DNA from: Halarcobacter sp.
Lineage (GTDB): Bacteria > Campylobacterota > Campylobacteria > Campylobacterales > Arcobacteraceae
Direction: 5' to 3'
NCBI GenBank assembly: GCA_048571215.1
Contig: CP182352.1
Coordinates: 416,001 to 480,000, forward strand
DNA: 64,000 nucleotides
Made by a program: the position numbers and the translations under genes. A model generated the notes under the pieces. The model was not told where the DNA came from, did not search any database, and worked only from the letters and a program-made list of their open reading frames with translations. Each line of letters begins with the position of its first letter. The stretch's first letter is position 1. Below are positions 21,628 through 32,526 of this stretch, piece after piece.

Positions 21628-21776
21628 AATTCTCCTTCAATTAGTACCTATTATATCAAGATGTCCCAAAAAACAGCTTTACTGCAAAAAACCTAAGATT
21701 TAAAGTGTATTTTGTTATACCTATCAGTTATATCATTTTTGTTATAATTCAAAATCTTAAGTACAAGGTAAATAAT

Positions 21777-22697
21777 ATGAGTATGCTAGTAATCACAAAA
21801 GAAAAAGGTATAGAGTCTTGGATAGAAAGTTTAAAAAAACTAAACCCAAATATTGATATTGAAGTCTATCCCAATGAAAAAGATAAAGATAAAATCACTT
21901 TAGCACTTGTTTGGTCAAAACTTGATATAGATTTTAAAGAGTACAAAAATCTAAAAACAATCTCTTCAATGGGAGCAGGGGTAGACCATATTTTAGAGAA
22001 TAAAACAATAGCCAAAGATGTATATATTACGAAAATAGTTGATGAAAAACTTGTCTCTTCTATGTGGGAATATCTTTTATGTACAGTATTAAATATAGTT
22101 ACAAATCATTATAAATATATATCTCAACAAAAAGAAATAAAATGGGAGCAGTTACAGTTAAATTCAGTTAGTGATTACACTATTGGAGTTTTAGGTTTAG
22201 GACAATTAGGAAGTGAAGTTGCAAAAAGATTCAATGGGTTTGGATTTAAAGTAAAAGGATACTCAAATTCAAAAAAAGATTTTAAAGATATAGAAACTTT
22301 TACAAATCTTGATGAGTTTTCAGTTGATGTAGATATTTTGATAAACCTTCTTCCTCTAACTAAAGATACAAAAGGTATTTTAAATAAACAGTTGTTTTAT
22401 AAGTTAAATAAAAATGCTTATGTTATAAATGTAGGAAGAGGTCAACATCTTGTGGAAGAAGATTTATTAGAAGTTCTTGATAAAAACCACTTAAGTGGTG
22501 CAATACTTGATGTTTTTGAAAAAGAGCCTTTATCAAATGAGAGTTTATTTTGGACTCACCCAAATATAATTGTTACTCCTCATAGTGCTTCTTTAACAGA
22601 CCCAAATTCAGTTGCAAAACAAATTGTAAATAATTATGAAAGAATAAATGCTAATTTAATTCCTTTAAATACTATAGATAGAAATAAAGGTTATTAA
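21777..22697 (+). CDS. ghrA: D-2-hydroxyacid dehydrogenase (glyoxylate/hydroxypyruvate reductase A-like)
   Basis: GAGVDH, GLGQLG, NVGRG, LDVFEKEPL and TPHSAS. Confidence 0.85.
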   Translation: MSMLVITKEKGIESWIESLKKLNPNIDIEVYPNEKDKDKITLALVWSKLDIDFKEYKNLKTISSMGAGVDHILENKTIAKDVYITKIVDEKLVSSMWEYLLCTVLNIVTNHYKYISQQKEIKWEQLQLNSVSDYTIGVLGLGQLGSEVAKRFNGFGFKVKGYSNSKKDFKDIETFTNLDEFSVDVDILINLLPLTKDTKGILNKQLFYKLNKNAYVINVGRGQHLVEEDLLEVLDKNHLSGAILDVFEKEPLSNESLFWTHPNIIVTPHSASLTDPNSVAKQIVNNYERINANLIPLNTIDRNKGY

Positions 22698-22838
22698 ATA
22701 GATAAATAAAAACATTAGAACTATAAATTAAAAATATAAAGTGATTGGGATAAGAATGGTGTAGAAAAAAAGTAAATTAAGCTAACAATTGTAATCTATA
22801 GCACAAATCTTGCATATATAAAACAAAAGGGACAAAAC

Positions 22839-23357
22839 ATGCTTGATAATAAACAATATTTAGAGGAAGAATTTATTATTTGGAATAATAAACTTGGTAT
22901 TCGTGACTTTGTAACTATAGGTGAAATAGATTCTAAAAAAAATCAAGCTTGGCTAGATGAACCTTATGAAATGGTTGGTCCTTTTTGTTTGGAAGAGCTT
23001 TTTTTAAAAGGACAGATATCTTTTGAAGCTTGCAGTGTTATGTCTTTGAAGTATTGGAATACAAATCAAAATAGATTATCTAATGAGGCTTTTGAAAACC
23101 AATTTATATCTCAAAAACAATTTCAAAAAGATATAAACAATCACAATAAAAAAAGAAAAAAGATTCAGGAAAATTTAGAACAAACTAGCGAAAAAGTACA
23201 TAGAGAATTGTTGTGTTTGCCTCTTCATGGTATTTTAGAAGCTTCACAAATAAAGGCTGCTTTTAAAAAAATAGCTAAAACAGCCCATCCAGATGTTGGT
23301 GGAAGTCATGAGTTATTTGTTGAGATTACAAATGCAAAAGATAGTTTGCTTAAGTAG
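22839..23357 (+). CDS. Protein with a C-terminal J domain
   Basis: IKAAFKKIAKTAHPDVGG..AKDSL. Confidence 0.85.
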   Translation: MLDNKQYLEEEFIIWNNKLGIRDFVTIGEIDSKKNQAWLDEPYEMVGPFCLEELFLKGQISFEACSVMSLKYWNTNQNRLSNEAFENQFISQKQFQKDINNHNKKRKKIQENLEQTSEKVHRELLCLPLHGILEASQIKAAFKKIAKTAHPDVGGSHELFVEITNAKDSLLK

Positions 23358-23407
23358 TTTTAATGTTTTTATTTTGCAATATTTAAATACACAAATCAAA
23401 TTTCAAT

Positions 23408-24169
23408 CTAATATCTTTTTAATTCTTCACTTACTTTTTTATACCCCTCTTGCAAAACAAAATCAAAACTTTTAAAATCAAATAACCTTACTTCTGAAAT
23501 GCTATCTATATTTATAAAATAGTCTGCTCTTTTTTTAGCTCTTCTCATTGCACTTTGGGTCAATATAAACAATGACCTTCTATGTAATACATCTTTTTTA
23601 TATGAAAATTTTTTTGGTAAATTATTTACATTTACACTGATGTTTGGGTATTTCATTTTTGATAAATTCTTATTTGGTAAGTTATCACTATAACCACCAT
23701 CTACATAGTGTTTATTAATTATCTCTACAGCTGGAAAATATGGTAAAAGACTACATGAGGCAATGGTTGATTTTACTAAATCATTTTTTGAATGGTATTC
23801 TGCTTTTCCCGTTTCTATATTTGTTACACATATCTCTATAGGTATTTTTAATTCTCTGTCTTTGATAAAGTCTTTTAATTTTTTTTCTATTTTATTTAGG
23901 CTAAGAATTGATTTAAATCTAAATCTAAAACTAAACAAATCCCATTTATTTATAGTAAAAAAGAACTCTTCTATCTCTTTTATTGTAAAACCATATGCGT
24001 AAAGCAAAGCTATAATAGCTCCCCCACTAGTTCCAGATATCTTCTTTATACTATAATTGTTTTCTTCTAAGTACTTAATCACCCCAAGTGAAGCAGCAGT
24101 TCTTATTCCTCCACCAGATAGTGTTAATGTAATATTTTTACTCTTTAAATTCTTTTGCTCTTTTGCCAT
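23408..24169 (-). CDS. Patatin-like phospholipase
   Basis: SGGGIR, GTSGG and DGG motifs. Confidence 0.92.
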   Translation of the reverse strand: MAKEQKNLKSKNITLTLSGGGIRTAASLGVIKYLEENNYSIKKISGTSGGAIIALLYAYGFTIKEIEEFFFTINKWDLFSFRFRFKSILSLNKIEKKLKDFIKDRELKIPIEICVTNIETGKAEYHSKNDLVKSTIASCSLLPYFPAVEIINKHYVDGGYSDNLPNKNLSKMKYPNISVNVNNLPKKFSYKKDVLHRRSLFILTQSAMRRAKKRADYFINIDSISEVRLFDFKSFDFVLQEGYKKVSEELKRY

Positions 24170-24375
24170 TTTTACTTATCTTGTTGAATTCTTGTTAATT
24201 ATATTTAATTGTATCTAAATCTACAAATTAGAAAGCAATAATTAATAAAGTTAAATAAATAGACTATTAGAAAAAGCTTTCATAAAGGGCTATTAAACAA
24301 TCATTAAGCAGTTTAAATGTTAAATGAAGATAACCTATTAATATAATAGATATATTTAATTAAAAGGACAATGCC

Positions 24376-25179
24376 ATGCACTTGCAAACTAGTTGTGAAA
24401 TGAGATTTGATATTACAGTACCTACACCTTTTATTCTGATGTTAAGAATGCGTAGTGGTGCTCAACAATGGGTGATGCGTGAGGAGTATAGACTCAAACC
24501 ACACACTTCAGTTTTTGAGTTTACAGATGGTTATGGTAATCTTTGTCAACGATTAATTGCACCTGTTGGTCCTTTTAGTATTTATACTGCAGCTGATGTG
24601 ATAACTTCTGATGGAGTTGATCAATCTTTTGGTGCTCCCTTTGTTGAGATTCAAAATCTACCAGATGGGGTTCTTAATTATTTATTACCTAGTAGATATT
24701 GTGAATCTGACAGATTTGGTCAGATGGCATCATCTATTGTAAGTGGTTATAATATGGGTTATGATCAAGTAAAAGCTATAGAGAATTGGTTGCGTGATTC
24801 TATCCGTTTTGAACCAAATAGTAGTGATATACCAGTATCTGCTGTAGAGGTTAATTTAAGAGGTTCTGGAGTTTGTCGTGACTTGGCACATTTAGGAATA
24901 GCTCTATGTAGAAGCCTTAGTATTCCAGCACGATTAGTTGTAGGTTATTTATATGAACTTGAACCTATGGATTTACATGCTTGGTTTGAAGCTTATGTTG
25001 GGGGTCGTTGGTATACTTTTGATGCAACACAAAGTGAATTAAAAGGTGGATATGTAGTGATTGGTTATGGTAGAGATGCTGCTGATGTAGCTATTTATAA
25101 TCAGTTTGGTCCTAGTGTATATCCCATTTACAAAGATATTCAAGTGAAGCTTATTGATGAGAATGAAGAACAAAAATAA
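24376..25179 (+). CDS. Transglutaminase-like family protein
   Basis: [13 protein letters not shown] and FDAT (Cys-His-Asp triad). Confidence 0.9.
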   Translation: MHLQTSCEMRFDITVPTPFILMLRMRSGAQQWVMREEYRLKPHTSVFEFTDGYGNLCQRLIAPVGPFSIYTAADVITSDGVDQSFGAPFVEIQNLPDGVLNYLLPSRYCESDRFGQMASSIVSGYNMGYDQVKAIENWLRDSIRFEPNSSDIPVSAVEVNLRGSGVCRDLAHLGIALCRSLSIPARLVVGYLYELEPMDLHAWFEAYVGGRWYTFDATQSELKGGYVVIGYGRDAADVAIYNQFGPSVYPIYKDIQVKLIDENEEQK

Positions 25180-25199
25180 GCATATCTAAGATACACCTT

Positions 25200-26108
25200 T
25201 TATTTTAATTCAAAAGGTGTTTCTTGATATACAAAATAGTTAAGCCAATTTGCAAATAGTAGATGGGCTGATGAACGCCATTTTACTTTTGGCTCTTTTG
25301 TTACATCATCATTTTTAAAATAGTTTTTAGGAATATCTACTTCAAGATTTTTTTCAACATCTCTAAAATACTCTTTTTGTAAAGAATCATAATCATATTC
25401 CAAATGACCACTCATAAAAACATGTTTTCTATTTTTTGAAGCTACTAAACATACCCCTGACTCTTCCGAATAAAGTAATAATTCTAAGTCATCAACTTTA
25501 TCTATATCCTCTTTTAAAACTGTTGTATATCTTGAGTGGGGAATATATGCTTCATCATCAAATCCTCTAAGTAGTGGGTTAGTTTTATTGAAAAGGTCAT
25601 GTTCAAAAACACCAAATGTTTTTTTATCTTGCTCATATTTTGGTATTTTATGATGATAATATAAACCAGCTTGTGAACCCCAGCATATGTGAAGAGTTGA
25701 GGTTACATTAGAATTTGAAAACTCCATTATTTGTGTTAACTCATCCCAATAAGAAACCTCTTCAAAAGGCATTGTTTCTATTGGTGCACCTGTGATTATT
25801 AGTCCATCAAAGGTATGTTCTTTTATCTCATCAAAGGTCTTATAAAAACTTTCTAAGTGATCTTCAGATGTATTCTTAGATTGGTATGTTGCTGTTTTTA
25901 AAAGAGTAATCTCTGTTTGTAATGGGGTATTACCTAATAGTCTTAATAGTTGTGTTTCTGTTTCTATTTTATTTGGCATTAAATTTAAAATTATAATTTT
26001 TAAAGGTCTAATATCTTGATGTCTTGCTCTAGTGTCATTCATCACAAAAATATTTTCTTGTTGTAAAATATCAACTGCGGGTAGTTTTTTTGGGATAACT
26101 ATTGGCAT
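25200..26108 (-). CDS. metA: Homoserine O-acyltransferase (MetA family, probably acetyl-type)
   Basis: QDIRPL, LNLMP, TGAPIE, ICWG, PHSRY, GHLEY and [12 protein letters not shown]. Confidence 0.96.
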   Translation of the reverse strand: MPIVIPKKLPAVDILQQENIFVMNDTRARHQDIRPLKIIILNLMPNKIETETQLLRLLGNTPLQTEITLLKTATYQSKNTSEDHLESFYKTFDEIKEHTFDGLIITGAPIETMPFEEVSYWDELTQIMEFSNSNVTSTLHICWGSQAGLYYHHKIPKYEQDKKTFGVFEHDLFNKTNPLLRGFDDEAYIPHSRYTTVLKEDIDKVDDLELLLYSEESGVCLVASKNRKHVFMSGHLEYDYDSLQKEYFRDVEKNLEVDIPKNYFKNDDVTKEPKVKWRSSAHLLFANWLNYFVYQETPFELK

Positions 26109-26154
26109 ATTATCTCCTTGAATTTTTGAAAGATTATATCATTTATTAATAAAA

Positions 26155-26290
26155 GTTTAGATTTAAAGCCGTAGGAAAGGAAGAGAGAAGTACGGCTTTA
26201 AATACACATGATTAATACTAAACTGTAAAAATACTAATCAAATAAATCAAATTCATTTAGTACATGAGTCCAAAATGTAACTATATGAGA
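26155..26290 (-). ncRNA. Candidate sRNA ending in a hairpin with a C/U-rich loop
   Basis: 13-bp perfect stem atttaaagccgta/tacggctttaaat (26161-26203); minus-strand loop cttctctcttcctttcc; minus-strand TATAAT near 26300. Confidence 0.45.
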
Positions 26291-26385
26291 GAAATTATTA
26301 TATAGTGAGCATATGACAATAACATGAGATTTTTCTATTTTTATATGTGATTGGCTATAATTTAACAAATATGAAAGAATGAGAT

Positions 26386-27039
26386 ATGAATAAAAAAGAT
26401 TTTAAAAAATTTATAAAAAATTTACCATTAAATATAAATGTTATGGGGAGAGATAGATATTTTAACTCTGCTGTATTAGTTCCTTTGATAAAAATAGAAA
26501 AAGAGTATTATCTATTATTTCAAAAAAGGGCAGCTCACATTAGGCAAGGTGGTGATATCTGTTTCCCTGGTGGTGGTTATGAAGATTGTGATAAATCTTT
26601 TAAGCATACAGCCTTAAGGGAGACCAAAGAGGAGTTGGGGATTAAGAAAAAAGATATAAAGATTCTAGGACAACTTGATACTTATGTGGCTCCAATTGGT
26701 GCAGTTATAGAAACCTTTGTGGGAGTAGTTAAAAAAGAAGCATATGAAAATATGAAAGTAGATAAAAATGAAGTTGAAAAGACTTTATTGATTCCTATGA
26801 AGTTTTTTAAAGAGCATGAGCCAGAAGTTTACACCTTGAAATATGAAGTTCATCCATATACTATAAATGATGAAGGGGAAAAAGAGGTACATTTTCCTGT
26901 TGAAAAGTTGGGTTTGCCAAAAACTTATCATAAACCTTGGGGTCACAAAAGACACAAGGTTTGGGTATATAAATATGAAGATGAAATCATATGGGGTATT
27001 ACAGCAGTTATAATAAATGATCTTCTAAAAAAATATTAG
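26386..27039 (+). CDS. Nudix CoA pyrophosphatase (NudL-like)
   Basis: SAVLVPL, GDICFPGG..TALRETKEELGI, NEVE and IWGITA. Confidence 0.92.
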   Translation: MNKKDFKKFIKNLPLNINVMGRDRYFNSAVLVPLIKIEKEYYLLFQKRAAHIRQGGDICFPGGGYEDCDKSFKHTALRETKEELGIKKKDIKILGQLDTYVAPIGAVIETFVGVVKKEAYENMKVDKNEVEKTLLIPMKFFKEHEPEVYTLKYEVHPYTINDEGEKEVHFPVEKLGLPKTYHKPWGHKRHKVWVYKYEDEIIWGITAVIINDLLKKY

Positions 27040-27380
27040 ATGGTCATTACACTATAACTTTCATCCTTTAAAGCTTTTGTTAAAAGCTCACCTGTATGGT
27101 TAATCTCTATATTTAGTTTTTCAAGAGTTTCAATCAAGTTGTAATCTTCAACACAAACAATACAAGCACTCATCTCTACCCCTGTTTGTTGTATCTCTAA
27201 GATTTTATCTTGTATTTGAGTATTTTCTCCTAAAAGTTTTATTGATGGACCCCAAAACATTAAATGGCAAGTTTTCCAATACTCTCTTTGCAAAACAACA
27301 GAGGAGTATAAAAGTGGGAACTTTGTAGCAACATCAAAATCACCACTACTTAAAACTATTAGTAAATTTTCTTTAGACAT
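27036..27380 (-). CDS. DsrE-family protein
   Basis: LMFWGPS..ACIVC pattern in 114 aa. Confidence 0.75.
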   Translation of the reverse strand: MSKENLLIVLSSGDFDVATKFPLLYSSVVLQREYWKTCHLMFWGPSIKLLGENTQIQDKILEIQQTGVEMSACIVCVEDYNLIETLEKLNIEINHTGELLTKALKDESYSVMTI

Positions 27381-27430
27381 TTTATTACCTTTATTGTATG
27401 ATACAAATTATATTAAACTGAGGAATTATA

Positions 27431-28045
27431 GTGAATTCAATAATAATAAACAATAAAAAAATATACCCATCAAAGGTTGTTTGTATAGGGAGAAACTATA
27501 CAGAACATATTGCAGAGTTAAACAATGAGACACCAGAAGAAGCTGTGTTCTTTTTTAAACCAAACTCATCAGTTAGTGAAGATTTGATCTTTCCAAAGGG
27601 TGCAAGTAGTTGCCATTATGAAGCTGAAATCTCGTTTTTAATAGAAGAAAATAAGATAAGTGCAGTTGGATTTGGTCTTGATTTAACCCTAAGAGAGGTA
27701 CAAAGTAAATTAAAGAAAAAAGGTCTACCTTGGGAGAGAGCAAAAGCTTTTAATAATGCTGCTGTCTTTTCTAAGTTTGTTAGTTTTACAGAAGATACCT
27801 CAAATTTAGAGCTTGAATTATATATAAATGGAGAACTTAAGCAAAAAGGTGGTGTATCTTTGATGATAAATAAACCCCAAGAGATTATTGAGGAGTTATT
27901 AACTTTTTCAAGTTTTGAGGATGGCGATGTTTTGATGACTGGTACTCCAAAAGGGGTAGGGGAATTTAAACTTGGAGATGTTTTTATAGGTAAAATTTTA
28001 TATAACAATAAAGTTTTATGTGAAAAAAGGTTTGAAGTTCTTTAA
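27431..28045 (+). CDS. Fumarylacetoacetate hydrolase family protein
   Basis: KVVCIGRNYTEH, HYEAE, LDLTLR, WERAKAF and GDVLMTGTPKGVG. Confidence 0.94.
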   Translation: MNSIIINNKKIYPSKVVCIGRNYTEHIAELNNETPEEAVFFFKPNSSVSEDLIFPKGASSCHYEAEISFLIEENKISAVGFGLDLTLREVQSKLKKKGLPWERAKAFNNAAVFSKFVSFTEDTSNLELELYINGELKQKGGVSLMINKPQEIIEELLTFSSFEDGDVLMTGTPKGVGEFKLGDVFIGKILYNNKVLCEKRFEVL

Positions 28046-28128
28046 AGTAAAAACTTATATTTTAAATTAATAGTTAGTTTTTTTTCTTTGGCTAAAATTC
28101 TTTTATATTTAGTAGCCAAGAGGGGAAA

Positions 28129-28983
28129 ATGGATTATAAAGAATTAACACCAGAAGAGATATATGTTATAGAAAAAAAAGGTACAGAAAGACCATATTCT
28201 GGGAAATATAATGATTTTTATAAAAAAGGTATATATAGATGTAAAAAGTGTAATGCACCTTTATATAAATCAGACGCAAAATTCAAATCAGAGTGTGGCT
28301 GGCCAAGTTTTGATGACGAAATAGAAGGTGCTGTTAAAAGAGTACCCGATAGAGATGGAAGAAGAGAAGAGATAATTTGTGCAAATTGTAATGGACATTT
28401 AGGACATGTTTTTGAGGGTGAACAGTTTACACCTAAAAATACAAGACATTGTGTAAACTCAATTTCACTTAAATTTGAAAGTGAAGATAAATCTTGTAAA
28501 GACCATGCCGTAGCATATTTCGCTGCTGGTTGTTTTTGGGGAGTTGAATACTATTTTAAAGAAGTAGAGGGTATCTACTCTGTAGTTTCAGGTTATATGG
28601 GTGGTCATATTGAAAATCCTACATATTCAATGGTATGTTCGGGAAGTACAGGTCATTTGGAAGCGATAAAAGTTGAATTTGATGAGTGTCAAGTTCCATA
28701 TGAAGATTTACTTAAATTATTTTTTGAAATCCATGATTTTACACAAACAAATGGTCAAGGGCCTGATATAGGTTCCCAATATCTTTCTGCGATATTTTAT
28801 TTAGATGAAAAACAAAAAAATAAAGCTTTAGAATTGATAGATAAATTAGAAGATTTAAACTATAAAGTAGCTACTTCTTTACATGAAGCTTCAAAATTCT
28901 ATGAGGCAGAAGATTACCATCAAGATTATTATGAAAAGACAGGCAAAACTCCATATTGCCATACAAGAAAGAAAATATTCTAA
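28129..28983 (+). CDS. msrAB: Fused methionine sulfoxide reductase MsrB-MsrA
   Basis: GTERP, CGWPSF, GHLGHVF and RHCVNS (MsrB), then AGCFWGVE and AEDYHQDY (MsrA). Confidence 0.95.
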   Translation: MDYKELTPEEIYVIEKKGTERPYSGKYNDFYKKGIYRCKKCNAPLYKSDAKFKSECGWPSFDDEIEGAVKRVPDRDGRREEIICANCNGHLGHVFEGEQFTPKNTRHCVNSISLKFESEDKSCKDHAVAYFAAGCFWGVEYYFKEVEGIYSVVSGYMGGHIENPTYSMVCSGSTGHLEAIKVEFDECQVPYEDLLKLFFEIHDFTQTNGQGPDIGSQYLSAIFYLDEKQKNKALELIDKLEDLNYKVATSLHEASKFYEAEDYHQDYYEKTGKTPYCHTRKKIF

Positions 28984-29003
28984 TCATTCAATTAACCTAA
29001 AGG

Positions 29004-29720
29004 TTAATTGAGATAATAATTAAAAGGTATTGTTAATATCACATCTTTTTGGGGAGCTTCAAACTCTCTTGAAGCTTTTTTTAGTATATCTATACTATTT
29101 TGATTTAATATATCAAATTCAGATTTTTCCATTATTTTTATATCTTTTAGTTTCCCATCTTTTGTGATTATACACCAAATTATAACTCTACCTTCCATCC
29201 CTCTTTTTTTTGCTTGGTATGGATAGTTTTTATATTTTTTTATTGCTGCTATTATATGTGCTAAATTGTTTTTGATATATTTTTGTTGATAATTTTCTCC
29301 ACTTTTTATACGTTTTTTACTTTCATCTTTTTTGAGTGTATTGTTTTTTTCTACTTTTTGAAGCTCTTTTTTAATCTCTTTCTTTGGTGGTTTTATTTCA
29401 TCTTTTATTTGTTTGGGTATTTTCTTTTCTGGTTTTACTTTTTTAATCACTTTTTTTATAATTTTTTTCTTTTTTTTAGGTTTTTGGATTTTTTTTATTG
29501 TTTTAGGTTTTTTTTCGATTTGTTTTTTTTGCTCTTTTGTATTTGTTTGTTGTTTTTTTTCAGTTTGTTTTTTTATTTGTGTTATCTCGTTTACCATATT
29601 CATATTTAGAACAATAATCTCTTTTTTTTTCTCCTTAAAAGTTTCAAAATTGATTATTGTTGCAAATACAGATACATGGATTAATAAGGAGATTATAAAA
29701 GCTTTAAAAGAGTAGGTCAT
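29004..29720 (-). CDS. tonB: Energy transducer TonB
   Basis: N-terminal SLLIH TM, Lys/Pro-rich spacer and YPYQAKKRGMEGRV C-domain. Confidence 0.92.
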   Translation of the reverse strand: MTYSFKAFIISLLIHVSVFATIINFETFKEKKKEIIVLNMNMVNEITQIKKQTEKKQQTNTKEQKKQIEKKPKTIKKIQKPKKKKKIIKKVIKKVKPEKKIPKQIKDEIKPPKKEIKKELQKVEKNNTLKKDESKKRIKSGENYQQKYIKNNLAHIIAAIKKYKNYPYQAKKRGMEGRVIIWCIITKDGKLKDIKIMEKSEFDILNQNSIDILKKASREFEAPQKDVILTIPFNYYLN

Positions 29721-30097
29721 CTTTTTAGTTCCGTTACTATTGATATTTTTTCAAGTTTCAACTCTTTGAAGATATCAATTACTTGAACAAAAGTTTTAAA
29801 AGGTGTATTTTCATCCGCTCTTAAAGAGATGTTTGTTTCTTTTGATAAAGCGGATAAAATTTCTTTTAGATTATCAAGTTTTATAGGGGTTTTGTCAAAA
29901 GTTATATTTCCTTTTGCATCAATAACTAACTCTTTTAACTTCAGGTTTTTTTGTTCTGTTGTAGTTGACTTTGGCAAAGTTAATTCAACACGACCTTGTG
30001 CAATAAATGTTGAAAAAGTTAAAATAATTGCTAATAAAACTAACATAATATCTATAAATGGGATTACATTCATAGAGTCAAATTTTTTAATTCTCAT
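29717..30097 (-). CDS. exbD: Biopolymer transport protein ExbD
   Basis: NVIPFIDIMLVLL; LRADE. Confidence 0.95.
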   Translation of the reverse strand: MRIKKFDSMNVIPFIDIMLVLLAIILTFSTFIAQGRVELTLPKSTTTEQKNLKLKELVIDAKGNITFDKTPIKLDNLKEILSALSKETNISLRADENTPFKTFVQVIDIFKELKLEKISIVTELKR

Positions 30098-30515
30098 TTA
30101 AATCTTCCCATTTAGTCATTAGAACTTCCACTTTTCTTGCAAGACCATTATAAATAACAGTTGCAAAAATAGCAACCAAAATACCTATAGCAGTGGCTTT
30201 TAAAGCCAAAGCCAATCCTAGCATTACACTACTTGTATCAAAATTTGAGTTTTCAGATATTTTATAAAAAGTTATCATGATTCCACATACTGTACCAAAT
30301 AGACCTATATAAGGAGCATTTGATGCTATTGTTGAAATAGTAGTGAGATTGTTTGTCAAACTATTTTCTAATTCACCTTTTTTCTCAAATTTAGCAAGAT
30401 TGATTTTAGATAGGAAAAAATATCTTTCAAGGGCAAACCATAATGTTAAAAAACTCATAAATGCCAAAAGTCCTATTATGCTGTATTCAATATAGAATTT
30501 AATTGTATCAATCAT
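30087..30515 (-). CDS. exbB: Biopolymer transport protein ExbB
   Basis: IASNAPYIGLFGTV; ALKATAIG. Confidence 0.95.
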   Translation of the reverse strand: MIDTIKFYIEYSIIGLLAFMSFLTLWFALERYFFLSKINLAKFEKKGELENSLTNNLTTISTIASNAPYIGLFGTVCGIMITFYKISENSNFDTSSVMLGLALALKATAIGILVAIFATVIYNGLARKVEVLMTKWEDLNEN

Positions 30516-30524
30516 CCATCAATC

Positions 30525-32519
30525 CTAAAATTTTATTTCATAACTAATACCAAAGATTGCACCTATATTTTCCCAACCAATTTTGGTCATATATCTTTCA
30601 TCTGTAATATTTTTTCCATAAAGTGATACTATGGCATCATAATTATATAGTTTATGATGATAATCAATTCCCATATCGATAACAGTAAAATCACCTACAT
30701 TATGGTACTTATTGTCGGTTGTAAAGAAGTTTGATTCAAAAGAACTAACATATTTTGCACTTATATTTGAATAGATTTTGTTATATGTATAACCTAGTTT
30801 CAATGAGAGTAAGTGATTTGGAATTTCATTGTTTTTAGTATCTGCTTTTACGTAAGAATAGTTTAGAAGATAATCAAAATTATCCATCTTCCCATCAAAT
30901 GAAATTTCTGCTCCATATCTTTTTTGGTCATATTGGCTAAAAACTATCTCAGGGTTAGTAGGTGTTCCTATATAATAAGGAAATTTCAAATTTTTAATAT
31001 CATAATAAAAAGCATTAACTTTTGATACAAGATTTTTTAGTGTATTCTCATACCCCAATTCATATCTAAACTGCTCCTCTTTATCTAAAGAATAACCATC
31101 ACCTTCACTTATGCTATTTGCAGGAGAATTTGAAGCATAAGCAAATTTCCCTGTTAATGCATTTGACTCATTAAGTTTATATAAAGCTCCCAAAGAGGTA
31201 TTTAATGTTGCTTTAGTCCAGGTATTTTCTATCATTGATACTTTTGTATTGTTTACCATACCTCCAAATGAGGTAGAAACATTTGGACTATATCTTTCTA
31301 GTAATGAATCAATATGTTTTTTATCCACTCTAATAGCTTCATCAATAATTAATTTATCATTTATAAAATGTTCAGCTTGAAAAAATGCTCCATAAATTTG
31401 TTCTTTTCTTTCATAACCTTCATAAAATAGTTCTCCATTTGGAGAATCATACCAAATAGCCTGACCCCCAACTTTATATATATTATCATCATATTTCATT
31501 GTATGTTTAATATTGATTGAATCATTGGTTTGAGAACCCACAAAATAGGCATTTGTCACACCTATTGTATCTTGGTTGTGATGCCAGTTTGATTTTGCAT
31601 GGGATAGGGTGATATCTGTAATTTGGTTTTCATTCCATTTTTTTGATATAGAGAGATTTATGAATCTATTTTCAAATGGTTCATATTTCCAATAAGCATT
31701 GTAAAACTTACTGATAGGTAGATTTGCTTTTTGAATCTCTTGAAAATATTTTGAATAAAAACCACTTAATTCAATAACAAAATCGTTTTCTTCTATTCCC
31801 ACTTTAAAAAAACCACTTCCCCCTTCATTTGCATTGTTATATCCATCTTTCCCTTGAGTATCTAAGCTATTTACTGAGAGAATATAATAGATGTTATTGT
31901 TAATTCCACTGTAATAAGCACTGGCTTTCTTTGTATTAAAGCTCTCATAGGCAAGTTTTATTCCTCCTATATTTTCAATTGGCTTTTTAGTTTTTATTAC
32001 AATATAACCTTGCAATGGAGATCCGTTTGGATTACCAAATGCTTGCATGGGAGCTAAACTTAAAGAGGATGAGTCTCTTACTATTTGAAGAGATTCAATA
32101 ATATCCGTAGGCAGTGCTTCTAAAATTCTCATAGCACTGTTGTCGCTTAGTAATGCCCCATCTAATATAACACCAAAGGCACTGCTTCCCACCCCATTTG
32201 AACTCCCTCTAAATGAGATAGTATAAGGGTGCTTTCTTCCCATAAAAAGTACATTTACACTTTGAGCTTTACTTAAAATATCATATATATTAGCGGGTTT
32301 AATCTTTTCAATCTCTTTTTGAGTAAAAATTTCTGTAGATAAAGATGAACTGGCTGTTGGCTCATTTGGGTTGTTCATCTGTTCATATGAGATATCATCC
32401 ATTGTTTTTGTATTCATTTTATCAACAATATTAATTTGATCAATTTTATACTCTTGGGCGGCAAAAATTGACGTAACTATTAATGTACTTGCAATTAAGC
32501 TTATATGTAATTTTTTCAT
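30525..32519 (-). CDS. TonB-dependent outer membrane receptor
   Basis: Signal peptide, plug region, alternating beta-strand pattern, terminal Phe (YEIKF). Confidence 0.85.
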   Translation of the reverse strand: MKKLHISLIASTLIVTSIFAAQEYKIDQINIVDKMNTKTMDDISYEQMNNPNEPTASSSLSTEIFTQKEIEKIKPANIYDILSKAQSVNVLFMGRKHPYTISFRGSSNGVGSSAFGVILDGALLSDNSAMRILEALPTDIIESLQIVRDSSSLSLAPMQAFGNPNGSPLQGYIVIKTKKPIENIGGIKLAYESFNTKKASAYYSGINNNIYYILSVNSLDTQGKDGYNNANEGGSGFFKVGIEENDFVIELSGFYSKYFQEIQKANLPISKFYNAYWKYEPFENRFINLSISKKWNENQITDITLSHAKSNWHHNQDTIGVTNAYFVGSQTNDSINIKHTMKYDDNIYKVGGQAIWYDSPNGELFYEGYERKEQIYGAFFQAEHFINDKLIIDEAIRVDKKHIDSLLERYSPNVSTSFGGMVNNTKVSMIENTWTKATLNTSLGALYKLNESNALTGKFAYASNSPANSISEGDGYSLDKEEQFRYELGYENTLKNLVSKVNAFYYDIKNLKFPYYIGTPTNPEIVFSQYDQKRYGAEISFDGKMDNFDYLLNYSYVKADTKNNEIPNHLLSLKLGYTYNKIYSNISAKYVSSFESNFFTTDNKYHNVGDFTVIDMGIDYHHKLYNYDAIVSLYGKNITDERYMTKIGWENIGAIFGISYEIKF

Positions 32520-32526
32520 TTTTATC

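Noticed and set aside
22799..22814. Possible sigma54 promoter tagcac-N5-ttgca before the J-domain gene
   Set aside because: The invariant -24 GG reads AG; not enough support
22839..25179. J-domain, patatin and transglutaminase genes as a defence operon
   Set aside because: The genes are convergent or divergent rather than co-transcribed, and there is no cyclase or other defence partner
29283..29715. Phe-rich plus-strand ORFs
   Set aside because: Antisense reading of the Lys-rich TonB spacer
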